From: Methanothermococcus sp. SCGC AD-155-E23
GTDB lineage: Archaea; AGJL01; Methanococci; Methanococcales; Methanococcaceae
Reading direction: 5' to 3'
DNA length: 35,170 nucleotides
Assembly (NCBI GenBank): GCA_019561615.1
Contig: JAHEQA010000008.1
Span: 1-35,170, forward strand
Shown: positions 9,908 to 20,278 of the stretch, one piece after another
Layout of the letters: each line of letters opens with the position of its first letter
Position numbering within the stretch: position 1 is the first letter of the stretch
Position numbers and translations under genes: made by a program
Notes under the pieces: generated by a model
The model's input: the letters and a program-made list of their open reading frames with translations, nothing else
Databases searched by the model: none
What the model was told of the DNA's origin: nothing

Positions 9908-10774
9908 ATGAAGATAAGAAAGGGAATAGTACCTGCGGCAGGATTTGGTACCAGGTTACTTCCCATGACCAAGGCCCAACCTAAGGAGATGTTATGTGTA
10001 GTTGGCAAACCTATCATACAGTACGTCATTGAGGATCTGGCAGATGCAGGTGTGGACAACATACTAATAGTTACAGGTAAGGGAAAAAGTGCCATAGAGA
10101 ACCACTTTGACAGGAACTTTGAATTGGAGTGGAAGTTAAAGGAGAGTGGAAAGTATCACCTACTTGAGGAGATCTGTAGGATTGACAGGATTGCCAAGAT
10201 CTTCTATACGAGACAGAGGGAACCTAAGGGATTGGGGGATGCAGTATACTGTGGAAAGGAATTTGTAGGGGATGAGTACTTTATCACCATGGTTGGAGAT
10301 ACCATCTATACAGAGAACGTGGTAAAAAAGATGTTAGAGGTGTACAACAGGTATCGCTGTTCAGTTATAACCTTGGAGAGGGTACCTAGGGAGATGGTAT
10401 ATAAGTACGGGGTAATAGCTGGAAGGGAGATAGGGGAGGGTATCTTCGAGATAGAGGATCTAGTGGAAAAACCCTCTGTGGAGGAGGCACCCTCTAATTT
10501 AATTATTACAGGGGGTTACCTTCTGTCTCCAAAGATATTTGAACATCTGGAGAATACAAAACCTGGAAAAGGAGGAGAGATACAACTAACTGATGCCATG
10601 AGGACCCTCTTGGAGGAGGAGAGGATAGTAGGTGTAGAGATAAAGTGTAAGAGGTACGACATAGGGGATATTGAGGGGTGGCTAAAGGCAAATGTTGAAA
10701 TTGCCTTAGAGAAGATACCTGGATTTAAGGAGTATTTAAGGGAGTTGATAGGAGGGGATGGAAATCTAAGGTGA
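9908..10774 (+). CDS. galU: UTP--glucose-1-phosphate uridylyltransferase
   Basis: PAAGFGTRLLPMTKAQPKEML, GKSAIENHFD, RQREPKGLGDAV, VEKP, GEIQLTDA. Confidence 0.93.
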   Translation: MKIRKGIVPAAGFGTRLLPMTKAQPKEMLCVVGKPIIQYVIEDLADAGVDNILIVTGKGKSAIENHFDRNFELEWKLKESGKYHLLEEICRIDRIAKIFYTRQREPKGLGDAVYCGKEFVGDEYFITMVGDTIYTENVVKKMLEVYNRYRCSVITLERVPREMVYKYGVIAGREIGEGIFEIEDLVEKPSVEEAPSNLIITGGYLLSPKIFEHLENTKPGKGGEIQLTDAMRTLLEEERIVGVEIKCKRYDIGDIEGWLKANVEIALEKIPGFKEYLRELIGGDGNLR

Positions 10775-10779
10775 AGGTT

Positions 10780-11205
10780 ATGGATAAGGTTAAACTGGGA
10801 TTTGTAATATCAGAGTTTAACAGGGAGATCACCTATATGATGGAGAAGTTGGCAGAGGAGCATGCAGAGTTCTTAGGTGCCCAGGTTACCTACAAGATTG
10901 TAGTACCTGGAACCTTTGACATGCCTCTGGCTGTAAAGAGGTTGTTGGAGAAGGAGGATGTAGACGCGGTGGTAACCATAGGTTGTGTAATAGAGGGGGA
11001 AACTGAACATGACGAGATAGTGCTCCACAACGCTGCAAGGAAGATGGCAGATCTCTCCCTCCAGTACAACAAACCTGTAACCTTAGGGGTCTCAGGACCT
11101 GGAATGACAAGGTTACAGGCTGAGGAGAGGGTTGAATACGGTAAGAGGGCTGTAGAAGCTGCTGTAAAGATGGTAAGAAGATTGAGGGCGTTGGAGAGGA
11201 GATAA
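10780..11205 (+). CDS. ribH: 6,7-dimethyl-8-ribityllumazine synthase
   Basis: [36 protein letters not shown] 10780 follows GGTGA; GTG 10771 is an alternative start. Confidence 0.95.
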   Translation: MDKVKLGFVISEFNREITYMMEKLAEEHAEFLGAQVTYKIVVPGTFDMPLAVKRLLEKEDVDAVVTIGCVIEGETEHDEIVLHNAARKMADLSLQYNKPVTLGVSGPGMTRLQAEERVEYGKRAVEAAVKMVRRLRALERR

Positions 11206-11498
11206 TGGATATACTTAGGGAGGAGTTCCAGATAATAAAAGAGAGGATAAAAAATAAACCTGAAGGTTCATACACTGCCTATTTAACTATCGACGACAGT
11301 AAGAGGGCTATTAACAAGATATGTGAGAAGATAGGGGAGGAGGCTACAGAGGTTATACTGGCGGCAAAGGATGGGGTTAAAGAAGAGATCATACATGAGT
11401 CTGCAGATCTCATCTATCACCTCTTTGTACTCCTGGCCTACTCTGGGGTGGAGTACGAGGAGTTAATGGAGGAGTTCAAGAAAAGAAGGAAGAAGTAA
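11205..11498 (+). CDS. hisE: Phosphoribosyl-ATP pyrophosphatase
   Basis: [23 protein letters not shown]; TAATG coupling to ribH. Confidence 0.95.
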   Translation: MDILREEFQIIKERIKNKPEGSYTAYLTIDDSKRAINKICEKIGEEATEVILAAKDGVKEEIIHESADLIYHLFVLLAYSGVEYEELMEEFKKRRKK

Positions 11499-11521
11499 TT
11501 ACTTTTTTATCAGGGGTTTCT

Positions 11522-12604
11522 ATGGATGCCAGGGAGAAGACCTTGGAGGAGAGGTTCCATACCTTTTTAGATATACTAAGTAGAAGGTTGAAGGATACTC
11601 CAGCAGTTGAAAGGATATCTAGGGAGGATAGGGAGGTTGAAGAAAGGGCCTTCAAGGTACTTCTCTCCACCATACTCAGTGCAAGGACAAAGGACGAGGT
11701 TACACTGGAGGTTTCAAAAAGACTGTTTAAAAGGATAAAAACCCCTCAGGATCTAGTGGATATTGATGAGAAGGAGTTGGAGAGACTTATATATCCAGTG
11801 GGCTTCTACAGAACTAAGGCCAGATATCTAAAAAAGCTGGGAGAGATGTTAATAGAGGAGTTTCAGGGTAAGGTACCAAGGAGGTTGGAGGACCTTATAA
11901 AGTTACCTGGTGTAGGGAGAAAAACTGGAAACCTGGTAATTACCCTGGCATACGACGATTACGGTATATGTGTAGATACCCATGTCCACAGGATATGTAA
12001 CAGATGGGAGTACATAGACACTGAGACCCCTGAAGAGAGTGAGATGGAGTTAAGAAAGAAACTGCCAAAAAAGTACTGGAAGATTATAAACACACTACTT
12101 GTAGACTACGGTAAGAGGATATGTTCCCCTATTCCAAAGTGCCACCTGTGTCCAGAGGAGATAAGGAAGATATGCCCCTACTACCACAAGTTAAAAGGTA
12201 TAGAGGGGGTACTGAAAAAATATAACTTTAAGAAGGTTTCAAGGGACAACATCCCAGAGGAGAAGGGTACCTACATCCTGAAGATAAAGTTAAAGGAGCC
12301 TAGAACTATCACCTACGGGAAAAATAGGAAGAGGTTTAAAAGGGGCTATTACTTCTACGTAGGATCTGCCATGGGGGAGAGTAACAATTTAAGGAGAAGG
12401 ATAGAGAGGCATCTAAGGGAGGATAAGAAATTACACTGGCATATAGATTACCTATTACAGTACGGTACTGTGAAGGAGGTATATATCTCAGGGGAGGCTG
12501 TGGAGTGTGAGGTGGCTAGGGATTTAAGCTTTCTTAAAAGTATAGAGGGTTTTGGATCCTCTGACTGTAGTTGTAAAAGCCATCTATTTTTTATGGAGAG
12601 TTAA
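11522..12604 (+). CDS. nth: Endonuclease III (HhH-GPD glycosylase/AP lyase) fused to a C-terminal DUF123/GIY-YIG-like domain
   Basis: ILSARTKD, Hh[19 protein letters not shown], Cys cluster; then GTYIL...GYYFYVGSA...RRIERH...HWHIDYL...[13 protein letters not shown]. Confidence 0.9.
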   Translation: MDAREKTLEERFHTFLDILSRRLKDTPAVERISREDREVEERAFKVLLSTILSARTKDEVTLEVSKRLFKRIKTPQDLVDIDEKELERLIYPVGFYRTKARYLKKLGEMLIEEFQGKVPRRLEDLIKLPGVGRKTGNLVITLAYDDYGICVDTHVHRICNRWEYIDTETPEESEMELRKKLPKKYWKIINTLLVDYGKRICSPIPKCHLCPEEIRKICPYYHKLKGIEGVLKKYNFKKVSRDNIPEEKGTYILKIKLKEPRTITYGKNRKRFKRGYYFYVGSAMGESNNLRRRIERHLREDKKLHWHIDYLLQYGTVKEVYISGEAVECEVARDLSFLKSIEGFGSSDCSCKSHLFFMES

Positions 12605-13458
12605 TGTATTTTTACAACTCTTCTACTCCATCTATGTGCCCAGCACTGGATACAGATTCCCACTGGTAGAGATGCTGTATGGCATCCCCTGTACTCTATA
12701 AAAACATCTAGGGCTGTAACACTTCCACCGAGACCCATGGCCCCAATGCCTAAACTGTTAACATCCTCCAGTATCTCCCTCTCCAATTTTGCAACATCCC
12801 TCTCAGGGTGTCTCTCCCCTATCCTCCTTAGAAGCGCCTTCTTAGCCAGTTTTAAGGCTATATCTCCAGTACCTCCCACACCTATACCTAGGATTATAGG
12901 TGGACAGGGCTTCCCTCCAGCCCTGGCTACAGTTTCCAGTACAGATCTCTTTATACCCTCTATACCCTCTCCAGGGGTTAGCATCTTAAGGGCACCCATA
13001 TTCTCACTACCGGCACCCTTGGGAAGTACCCCTATCTCCACCTCTCTATCTAGATTCCTATCTACCTCTATATCTACAAAGGGGGATCCAAGTCCAACGT
13101 TTGTTTTAAGGTTTTCCCTTGTAAAGGGATTTACAACGTTAGGTCTCAGGGGAACTTCCTCAGTAGCCCTAATTACACCCTCCCTTATCCCCTCTAAGAT
13201 ATGAAGGATCTCAGAGGAGGATATATTTCTCCCCACCTTTAGAAAGATAAGGGGAACCCCTGTATCCTGACATAGGGGTATGGATCTCTCCCTGGCAACC
13301 TCTATATTCCTGAGGATGGCCCTCAGGATACTCCTTGAGATCTCACTTTCCTCCCTCTCCAGGGCAGATAGGAGGGCTCTCTCCACATCCTCAGGTACAG
13401 TTGTTGCAGCCTCCCTGAAAAGTTCCACCACCACCTCTGCTATCTCCTCAACTTTCAA
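12601..13458 (-). CDS. Class I fumarate hydratase (Fe-S hydro-lyase) alpha subunit
   Basis: [48 protein letters not shown]. Confidence 0.92.
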   Translation of the reverse strand: MKVEEIAEVVVELFREAATTVPEDVERALLSALEREESEISRSILRAILRNIEVARERSIPLCQDTGVPLIFLKVGRNISSSEILHILEGIREGVIRATEEVPLRPNVVNPFTRENLKTNVGLGSPFVDIEVDRNLDREVEIGVLPKGAGSENMGALKMLTPGEGIEGIKRSVLETVARAGGKPCPPIILGIGVGGTGDIALKLAKKALLRRIGERHPERDVAKLEREILEDVNSLGIGAMGLGGSVTALDVFIEYRGCHTASLPVGICIQCWAHRWSRRVVKIH

Positions 13459-13466
13459 GTTACCAC

Positions 13467-14312
13467 CTAGGAGTAGATCTCCCTGAGGAATGTCACAATA
13501 TCCTTCTCCGTTATTATACCTACTAATCTATCCCTCTCCTCCACAACTGGAAGAGCCCCTACACCCTCCCTGAGCATTATCTCTGCAGTAGCTCTAAGGG
13601 AGTCCTCCCTCCTTACCCTCATTGGTTCCTTAGTCATAACCTCCTCCACCCTAACATTTGTTATTTCCCTTACATTCCCTGTAGTCATACGGTTGAAGGC
13701 CCAGTCACTACCTAGTAGTCTTATGAAATCTGTGGAGGTCACCATTCCTACCAGTCTATCTTCAGATACCACTGGAAGTCTTCTAAATCCATTTCTCAAC
13801 ATAACCCTTGCAACATCCTTTAACCTCATCCCTGGAGTAGCAACTATGGGATCCTCTATCATATACTCCTGGACACTTCTCCCCTCTATACTCTCTATAA
13901 GATAGCCTATCACATCTCTCTCAGTTATAAGGGAGAGGAGTATGTTCTCTTTATCAACAACAGGTGCCCCTCCTACATTCTTCTCAAGGAATACCTCTAT
14001 TACCTCCTTCAAGGGTGTATTCTCCCTTACACATACAGGGTTGTAGGTCATTATCTCCTTGACAGGTTCGTTTATTGCAGCTAGGAGGTTACGGTTATGT
14101 TTAAACTTTACAAGGTTGTACTTGGAACCTCCTCCCATGAAGTCCAGTATATCCATTGAGGTTACAATACCTACAACCCTATCTGTACCTGGGTCTACCA
14201 CAGGTACCCTTCTACTGCCACTGTTGTTCATCTTTAAAAGTGCATCCCTTATGGAGGTAGAGGGATAGACCTTTATAACTTTCTTATCCTTTACAATTTC
14301 AAATACCCTCAA
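13467..14312 (-). CDS. Protein with four CBS domains (two Bateman modules)
   Basis: Repeated CBS motifs RRVPVV..GIVTSMD, GGAPVV..ITERD, RRLPVV..GMVTSTD, GALPVV..GIITEKD; TTG start. Confidence 0.92.
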   Translation of the reverse strand: MRVFEIVKDKKVIKVYPSTSIRDALLKMNNSGSRRVPVVDPGTDRVVGIVTSMDILDFMGGGSKYNLVKFKHNRNLLAAINEPVKEIMTYNPVCVRENTPLKEVIEVFLEKNVGGAPVVDKENILLSLITERDVIGYLIESIEGRSVQEYMIEDPIVATPGMRLKDVARVMLRNGFRRLPVVSEDRLVGMVTSTDFIRLLGSDWAFNRMTTGNVREITNVRVEEVMTKEPMRVRREDSLRATAEIMLREGVGALPVVEERDRLVGIITEKDIVTFLREIYS

Positions 14313-14334
14313 TGTCTCCCCTCTTTAATCTTAT

Positions 14335-14883
14335 TTAGATCTCGTTATCTCTACAACTCTCACAGAGGTATCTACCATTTACACACTTAAGACGCCCCTG
14401 GTTACCACATAGCTCACATACCCCATAGAGATACCCATGCTCCTTTGGGTAATCCTCCTCATCCCTTATCTTGGATACCTCTATCATTATCTCGAAGATC
14501 TTAGGTGAGACAGAGACAATATCACTCACGGTGATTATACCTATTACCTTCCCATTCTCCACTACTGGAAGTCTCTTTATATTCTTCCTGGCCATTAACT
14601 TTGCAGCTTCAATAATTGTGGCCTTTGGAGATATGGATATAAGCTTTGGAGATACTATGTCCTTAATTAGAACCTCCTTTGACTTTAGGTTTCTTGCAAC
14701 AACTTTGTGGACAAGGTCTTTCTCTGTAATAATACCAACAGGTTTCATGGCATCATCTATCACTACTAAACATCCTATGTCCTTGTTCTTCAGTATGTTG
14801 GCGGCATCGTAGGCTGTGGCATCTAACTTCACAGTCTCCACAGGGGTGCTCATAACCTCACTTACACTTATGTCAAACTCCAT
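14335..14883 (-). CDS. CBS-pair protein with C-terminal C4 zinc ribbon
   Basis: IGCLVV..GIITEKD, KRLPVV..GIITVSD, then CELCG...CESC. ATG 14883 follows GGTGG; 14895 is an alternative start. Confidence 0.88.
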   Translation of the reverse strand: MEFDISVSEVMSTPVETVKLDATAYDAANILKNKDIGCLVVIDDAMKPVGIITEKDLVHKVVARNLKSKEVLIKDIVSPKLISISPKATIIEAAKLMARKNIKRLPVVENGKVIGIITVSDIVSVSPKIFEIMIEVSKIRDEEDYPKEHGYLYGVCELCGNQGRLKCVNGRYLCESCRDNEI

Positions 14884-14938
14884 AACAACCACCATTTATA
14901 ATTAATAATCATTATAATTTCTTCTTATTTATTTATTT

Positions 14939-15436
14939 TTACTTAAGGTGCATCCTACTTGTTATCCCCTGACCTAACCCCTCGTACAGTGTAACCTCTA
15001 CCCACTCTATGTTGTCCACCTCTAGCTTCAGAAGTTCCTCCCTGATAAGACCTGTTATATAGAGGGATAATTCCTCTGCAGTGATACCCTTTAGAGGTAG
15101 AAGTAGAACATCCTCCAACGGGATCTTATACTCCTTTTTACATCCTCCCTGGGAGTATACAAAGTGGATGTAGTTTTCTCCAAGGGTGTACTTAAGATGG
15201 GGATGGTCCCTAGGTAAAAGTAACTTATGGTCTAATTTCTTACATACATCCTTCACAATCTTTTTTAATACCTTAAAATCTATGAGGAAGTTAAAGTCTC
15301 CAGAGGGTCTTCCACCTAACCTTACATCTATATAGTAGGTGTGGCCGTGGATAACACCACAGGAGTGGTGGCCAAATACTATATGGGCAGAGGAGAACCT
15401 TAGTCCTAGATAGAGCCCCTTTAACTCCAGTATCAT
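14939..15436 (-). CDS. queD: 6-carboxy-5,6,7,8-tetrahydropterin synthase / PTPS family
   Basis: FSSAH, CGVIHGHTY, IDFKVLK, LDHK, TAEEL, terminal catalytic Glu region (LYEG). Confidence 0.85.
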   Translation of the reverse strand: MILELKGLYLGLRFSSAHIVFGHHSCGVIHGHTYYIDVRLGGRPSGDFNFLIDFKVLKKIVKDVCKKLDHKLLLPRDHPHLKYTLGENYIHFVYSQGGCKKEYKIPLEDVLLLPLKGITAEELSLYITGLIREELLKLEVDNIEWVEVTLYEGLGQGITSRMHLK

Positions 15437-15488
15437 CTTTTCCTCTCTTAGATGGTTTATCTAAAATAATTAATAAAATGGTGGAAAT

Positions 15489-16652
15489 GTGGAACTCTAT
15501 AAAACATTTCTCATTATAATAGCCTCCATATTTCTGGCACCTATTGTCCTCAGGAGGTTTAACATCCCTGGGATTACCGCCATAATGCTGGCTGGAATAC
15601 TTATAGGTCCCTATGGCCTTGCTATCGTGGATATTAACGAATCCCTTAAAACATTCTCCATCTTTGGAGCCATATTTCTCATGTTCCTAGCTGGGATGGA
15701 GGTGGACAATGAAACCCTAATTAAGGGGGTTAAAAGTTCCCTATTTATAGCCCTCTTCTCTGCCCTCATATGTGGTATTGGAGGTTACTATATAGGAAGC
15801 CTCCTTGGTCTCCATCACTTAGGTGCCCTCCTCTACGCTATTATGTTCGCCTCCAACTCAGTAGGTGTGGTTTACGCCCTCCTAGAGGAACTAGGTATTA
15901 TAAGGTCAAAGTTTGGAACTGTACTTCTGGGGGCTGTTGTACTATCTGAGGTACTTGGTATGATACTCCTGGCCATGGTGTCCAAGATCAGTGTAAATCA
16001 GTTGGAGGGTTCCCTACTCTTTATCCTTCAGGTACTCCTCTACATCCTAGGTCTCTTGATACTTATCCCCCTTGTTACAAAGGGGATATTAAAGAGGTTT
16101 GAAAAACTTCACTTTAGAAAGATACACTTTGTACTCCTGATAATACTCATCTCTATACTTGTTGGGGAGTACGTAGGGGTACATCCAATGATATGTGCAT
16201 TTATTACAGGGGTAGCTGTATCTGAGGCTCTAACTAAGGAGGAGCACGACCTTCTACTTAACAGCAATCTAAATGCCATAGGTTACGGTCTCTTTATACC
16301 CATATTCTTTCTAACCTTGGGCATGAGTACAAACATCAGGATGTTGGCAGATCTTACTAACTTAGAGGTACTCCTTGGTACAGTGGGGGGCTTGATAACA
16401 TTGAAAACACTATCTGGCTATATCTCCTTTAGGGTGATAGGTTATGACAAGTTGAGAAGTCTCTATGGAGGCCTGCTAACCATCCCTCAGGTCTCTGCCC
16501 CTCTCGTTGTAGCCTCCGTTGGAAGGGATTTAGGGGTACTTCCCCATAATTTCTTTATAACTGTTGTGATGATGATACTTGTAACCTCCATTATGGCCCC
16601 TATAGTTATCAAGTACCTCCTGGATAGGTATCCCCTCTCTCCCCAGAGGTGA
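15489..16652 (+). CDS. Cation:proton antiporter (CPA2/NapA-Kef-like)
   Basis: Many hydrophobic segments; AGILIGPYGL, FLMFLAGMEVD, FIPIFF..LG. Confidence 0.85.
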   Translation: MELYKTFLIIIASIFLAPIVLRRFNIPGITAIMLAGILIGPYGLAIVDINESLKTFSIFGAIFLMFLAGMEVDNETLIKGVKSSLFIALFSALICGIGGYYIGSLLGLHHLGALLYAIMFASNSVGVVYALLEELGIIRSKFGTVLLGAVVLSEVLGMILLAMVSKISVNQLEGSLLFILQVLLYILGLLILIPLVTKGILKRFEKLHFRKIHFVLLIILISILVGEYVGVHPMICAFITGVAVSEALTKEEHDLLLNSNLNAIGYGLFIPIFFLTLGMSTNIRMLADLTNLEVLLGTVGGLITLKTLSGYISFRVIGYDKLRSLYGGLLTIPQVSAPLVVASVGRDLGVLPHNFFITVVMMILVTSIMAPIVIKYLLDRYPLSPQR

Positions 16653-16653
16653 G

Positions 16654-17544
16654 TTATTCTAGGGTGATGTGAACTCCACACCTCTCCACCCTGTATTTTA
16701 ACTCCCTCCCTCTGGCGTTATCCACCAGTAGTTGGGAGAGGGGAGGGGTGGTGTATATACCTACAACAGAGGTGGTTATCCTGGGATTTACCTCTAGGAT
16801 GTATACACTCTCCCCCTTTAAAAGGATATCAACACCTACGTAACCCTTTAAACCCTCTATTTTCCTAAGTGCCCTCATAGATTCCTCTATCATCTTATCT
16901 TTAAGGGGGTGATCTATGTTGATCTCTCCTCCTACATACCTTCCATCCTTATAGTACTGTCTATTTAAGGATAGGGGATAGAGTTTCCTCCCCACTATGA
17001 AGCTTGTGGAGTAGGGTTCCCCCTCTATATACTCCTGGATTATGTAGTCCTCAGAAATTATCCTATGATTGGAACCTCCACAACCCTCTATCTCCTTTAC
17101 TATATACCTCTTTGGAGGTAGGGTTTTAGGTGTTTTAACAACATCCTTTATCCTCTTGTAGGTTAGATACTTGTTCCCCCCTACTTTCACCCCTTCACTG
17201 TGGGAGCCTAGGTTTAAGATATTCCTATCTTCAATTAATCTTGTAAGTCTGTAGAGGATACCATCACTCTCAGGTGCAATTACAAGGGCACCCTCTATAT
17301 CCTCCCTGTCTAACACATCTTCAAGTGCCTCCATAAGGTTGGAACCCCTGTGGGTATATACCCTTAGGTTATCCCTGCCCCTGTAGTACCTACTATACCT
17401 CTCGCTTAAAAGGGTGACCACTGTAAAGTTGTTATTTAAGAAGTCCTCCAAAAGTCTGTTGAACATCAATTTACCCTCTTGAAGGATATGGGGATCTATA
17501 TTTTCATTACTTCCTAGGGCGTACTCGAAGAGGAGTATCTTCAT
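16654..17544 (-). CDS. mfnD: ATP-grasp ligase, probable tyramine--L-glutamate ligase (methanofuran biosynthesis)
   Basis: FEYA..EGKLMF, IAPESD, NKYLTY, IQEYIEG, LSLNRQ, GYVGVD, LEVNPRITTS; matches my recollection of Methanococcales MfnD. Confidence 0.8.
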   Translation of the reverse strand: MKILLFEYALGSNENIDPHILQEGKLMFNRLLEDFLNNNFTVVTLLSERYSRYYRGRDNLRVYTHRGSNLMEALEDVLDREDIEGALVIAPESDGILYRLTRLIEDRNILNLGSHSEGVKVGGNKYLTYKRIKDVVKTPKTLPPKRYIVKEIEGCGGSNHRIISEDYIIQEYIEGEPYSTSFIVGRKLYPLSLNRQYYKDGRYVGGEINIDHPLKDKMIEESMRALRKIEGLKGYVGVDILLKGESVYILEVNPRITTSVVGIYTTPPLSQLLVDNARGRELKYRVERCGVHITLE

Positions 17545-17545
17545 C

Positions 17546-19453
17546 TTACCTCACTCTAACGGCGTCTAGATTCATAGGGGCTCTTGTCTCCTTCTTAAAT
17601 AGTTTATGGGCAGTACTTGCAAAGTCTATACACTTTGAGGCCTCACCGTGAACCATAAGTATCTTCTCAGGCATAGGTTTAAGTTTCCTGAGATATCTCA
17701 ACAACTGCCTCCTGTCACTGTGTCCAGAGAACCCCTCCAAGGTATGGACCTCAAGGTTTACCCTTATCACCTTGGACTTTCCATTTTTACCAGTTATAGG
17801 TATCTCACGCCAGCCCTTCTGCACCTTCCTTCCAAGGGTACCCTCAGCCTGATAACCTACAAAGATAAGGGAGTTCCTCTCATCCCCTGCAAGGGCCTTG
17901 AAGTACTCAACACTTGGACCTCCAGTTAGCATACCTGAGGTTGTAAGTATTATACAGGGTTCGTCACTGTCTATTATGTTCCTCCTGTTGTTGGTATTTT
18001 TAACCTTCTTGAATACCTCTGAGAGGAAGGGGTTGTCACCCTCATGGAGTATCCTGTCCCTTATACTCTTTGCCAGGTACTCTGGATAGGCTGTATGGAT
18101 GGCAGTAGCCTCCCAGATCATACCGTCTAGGTAAACTGGTGCGTTGAATATTCCCTGGTTGTACCCCTCCTCTAAGACCAGCATCAACTCCTGGGCCCTA
18201 CCCACACCAAAGACAGGTATAAGTACCTTACCCCCTCTCTTCACAGTCTCTGAGACAATCCTTAGAAACTCCTTCTCTGTCTTCTCCCTATCTGGGAGGA
18301 TGTCCTCCTGCCCTCCATAGGTGGACTCAATTATCAGGGCCTCTAACCTTGGAAACTGACATACCGCAGGTTCCAGGAGTCTGGTGGCCTCAAACTTTAT
18401 ATCTCCTGTGTAGGCTATGTTGAAGAGCCCCTCTCCAATGTGAAGATGGACTATAGAGGAGCCTAGGATATGTCCAGCGTTGTGGAGGGTTAGTTTTACC
18501 CCAGGTGCAATATCTGTAGTTACCCCGTAGTCTAAGGGTATGGTATGTTTGACACACTTCTTAATGTCCTTGGTAGTGTAGGGTACAACCTTCCCCTCCT
18601 TCTCTGCAATCTCCAGGTAGTCCTTCTGAAGTAGGGTCATTAGATCCCTTGTAGGTCTGGAACAGTACACCGGTCCATCGTAGCCGTATCTGAAGAGGCC
18701 TGGTATGAAGCCACAGTGATCCAGGTGGGCATGGGTGACAACCACTGCATCTATCTCCTCTATGGAGAACTCTGGAGTGTCAAAGTGGGGGAATGCCCTC
18801 TCACCATCCACGGCAACATTTATCCCACAGTCTATAACTATTCTGTTCTCAGGTGTCTGAAGGTAGTTACAGGTCCTTCCAACCTCCCTTGCACCTCCCA
18901 GAAAAGACACCCTTACCCAGGCATCCCCCTTAAATATTACATCCCTGTGTATCCTTCTACCTATCTTCCTCAGGATCTCTTTAACCTCTGCCCTCTCCCT
19001 GTAAAGTGTAGCCCTTATTGCATTTATGGTCTCAGAGGGTATTGGAGGGGTTCTAACAGGTTTAGGAGCCCACTTTATAGCCTTCTTGATCTCCTCCAAG
19101 GTACGCCCCTCCTTTCCAATAACGAGCCCAGGTTTCTTAGACTCTATAATCACCTCCCCAGTATTTGCATCGAATATACAGTTTGTTATCTCTGCATCCT
19201 CTGGTACTATCTCCAGTATCTTTCTCTTGGCAGTTTCTGGATCAGTTAGAACAGAGGGGTCTGGTCTTACAGTTATCCTCTTCTTGAACATCTTTGCAAT
19301 ATTCTTGATAAATGTGTTTGAAAAGATCTCAGGGTTCTTGGAGTAGATCACTACCTCTGGCCCTTCAAATTGAACATCGGTAATTATGGCATTTCCAGGT
19401 GAGTTCTTTATTACATATTCCTTTATCTCCCTTAACAACTCCTCAGCTGACAA
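17546..19453 (-). CDS. fttA: aCPSF1/FttA beta-CASP ribonuclease with KH domains (transcription termination factor)
   Basis: FEGPE, KH motif PGLVIGKEG, LGGAREVGR, THAHLDH, AGHILGS, ESTYG, VGRAQE, GFSGHSD, VHGE; TTG start after GGAGG. Confidence 0.96.
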   Translation of the reverse strand: MSAEELLREIKEYVIKNSPGNAIITDVQFEGPEVVIYSKNPEIFSNTFIKNIAKMFKKRITVRPDPSVLTDPETAKRKILEIVPEDAEITNCIFDANTGEVIIESKKPGLVIGKEGRTLEEIKKAIKWAPKPVRTPPIPSETINAIRATLYRERAEVKEILRKIGRRIHRDVIFKGDAWVRVSFLGGAREVGRTCNYLQTPENRIVIDCGINVAVDGERAFPHFDTPEFSIEEIDAVVVTHAHLDHCGFIPGLFRYGYDGPVYCSRPTRDLMTLLQKDYLEIAEKEGKVVPYTTKDIKKCVKHTIPLDYGVTTDIAPGVKLTLHNAGHILGSSIVHLHIGEGLFNIAYTGDIKFEATRLLEPAVCQFPRLEALIIESTYGGQEDILPDREKTEKEFLRIVSETVKRGGKVLIPVFGVGRAQELMLVLEEGYNQGIFNAPVYLDGMIWEATAIHTAYPEYLAKSIRDRILHEGDNPFLSEVFKKVKNTNNRRNIIDSDEPCIILTTSGMLTGGPSVEYFKALAGDERNSLIFVGYQAEGTLGRKVQKGWREIPITGKNGKSKVIRVNLEVHTLEGFSGHSDRRQLLRYLRKLKPMPEKILMVHGEASKCIDFASTAHKLFKKETRAPMNLDAVRVR

Positions 19454-19465
19454 AACTAACCCTCC

Positions 19466-19549
19466 AAAAAATTTTTTAAATAAAATTAAAAATAATGGAA
19501 ATTTCTAGAAGAAAAGTAGTAGAATCTTGGGGTAAAATAAAGTAAAAAA
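19466..19549 (-). terminator. U-tract cluster downstream of psmB (putative terminator region)
   Basis: Six runs of 4-6 A on the + strand (U on the - transcript) within the 110-nt spacer. Confidence 0.5.
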
Positions 19550-19563
19550 CAAAGTTAGGGGTA

Positions 19564-20220
19564 TTATTTCTTCTTGATTCTCTTTATTAATCTATTCACC
19601 TCTTTCTCGGAGTATATCTTGACCCCATTTTTATCCACCACTCCAAGGGAGATACCGTTACCTGAGAAGGCATCCCTCTCCATGGCAGAGAGGAGGGCCT
19701 TAACTGCAAGATCTCTCCCCTTCCTTACCCCCATATTTCTCCTGTACTCACTTTCCAGGACCCCTAGGGCAGTGGGAGAACCTGAACCTGTGGCTGTAAA
19801 GGAGGTCTCCTCGTTAACTCCACCTAGAGGGTCTAGGGAAAATAGTTTTGGACCGTAGAGGTGGTCGTAACCTCCAACTAACAACTGGGTTAAAAAAGGG
19901 AAGTACCTACTACCGTGAAGTATGTTACTTAGAAGTGTGGCACAGGAGTGAGGTGGCATGTAATTGCCAGTTCTCAGTTTGTACAACTTGGCCTCTGCAG
20001 AGATCCATCTAACTAGGGCCTGGGCATCTCCAACACTACCTGCCACGGTCATGGCTATATAATCGTCTATCTTATATAACTTTTTCGCCTCCTTATCTGC
20101 AACGAGATTACCCATTGTAGCTCTCCTATCTGTGGCAAGTACCACACCATCCCTACATACTAAACCTACTGTAGTAGTCCCCTTCATACACTCCCTGTAT
20201 AACTCCTTGGATACCATCAT
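19564..20220 (-). CDS. psmB: Proteasome subunit beta
   Basis: Propeptide then [34 protein letters not shown]; adjacent to aCPSF1. Confidence 0.97.
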   Translation of the reverse strand: MMVSKELYRECMKGTTTVGLVCRDGVVLATDRRATMGNLVADKEAKKLYKIDDYIAMTVAGSVGDAQALVRWISAEAKLYKLRTGNYMPPHSCATLLSNILHGSRYFPFLTQLLVGGYDHLYGPKLFSLDPLGGVNEETSFTATGSGSPTALGVLESEYRRNMGVRKGRDLAVKALLSAMERDAFSGNGISLGVVDKNGVKIYSEKEVNRLIKRIKKK

Positions 20221-20278
20221 TCAATCTCCCCTCATTTTTTATTAAAAGTTCTATCTTTCTCCCTAATAATATATAAAA

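Noticed and set aside
9853-10095. 80-aa minus-strand ORF
   Set aside because: Antisense to galU and rpl40e, which explain the region fully.
14896-14917. Inverted repeat TTATAAT-N8-ATTATAA upstream of the CBS/zinc-ribbon gene
   Set aside because: Arms are A/T only inside an AT-rich spacer, so expected by chance.
18716-19346. Long + strand ORFs antisense to aCPSF1 (and similar ones at 12737-13204, 14471-14812, 28496-28864, 2218-2667, 10886-11275)
   Set aside because: Shadow ORFs on the pyrimidine-rich antisense strand of well-supported genes; Ser/Pro/Leu/Tyr-rich with no motifs or RBS.
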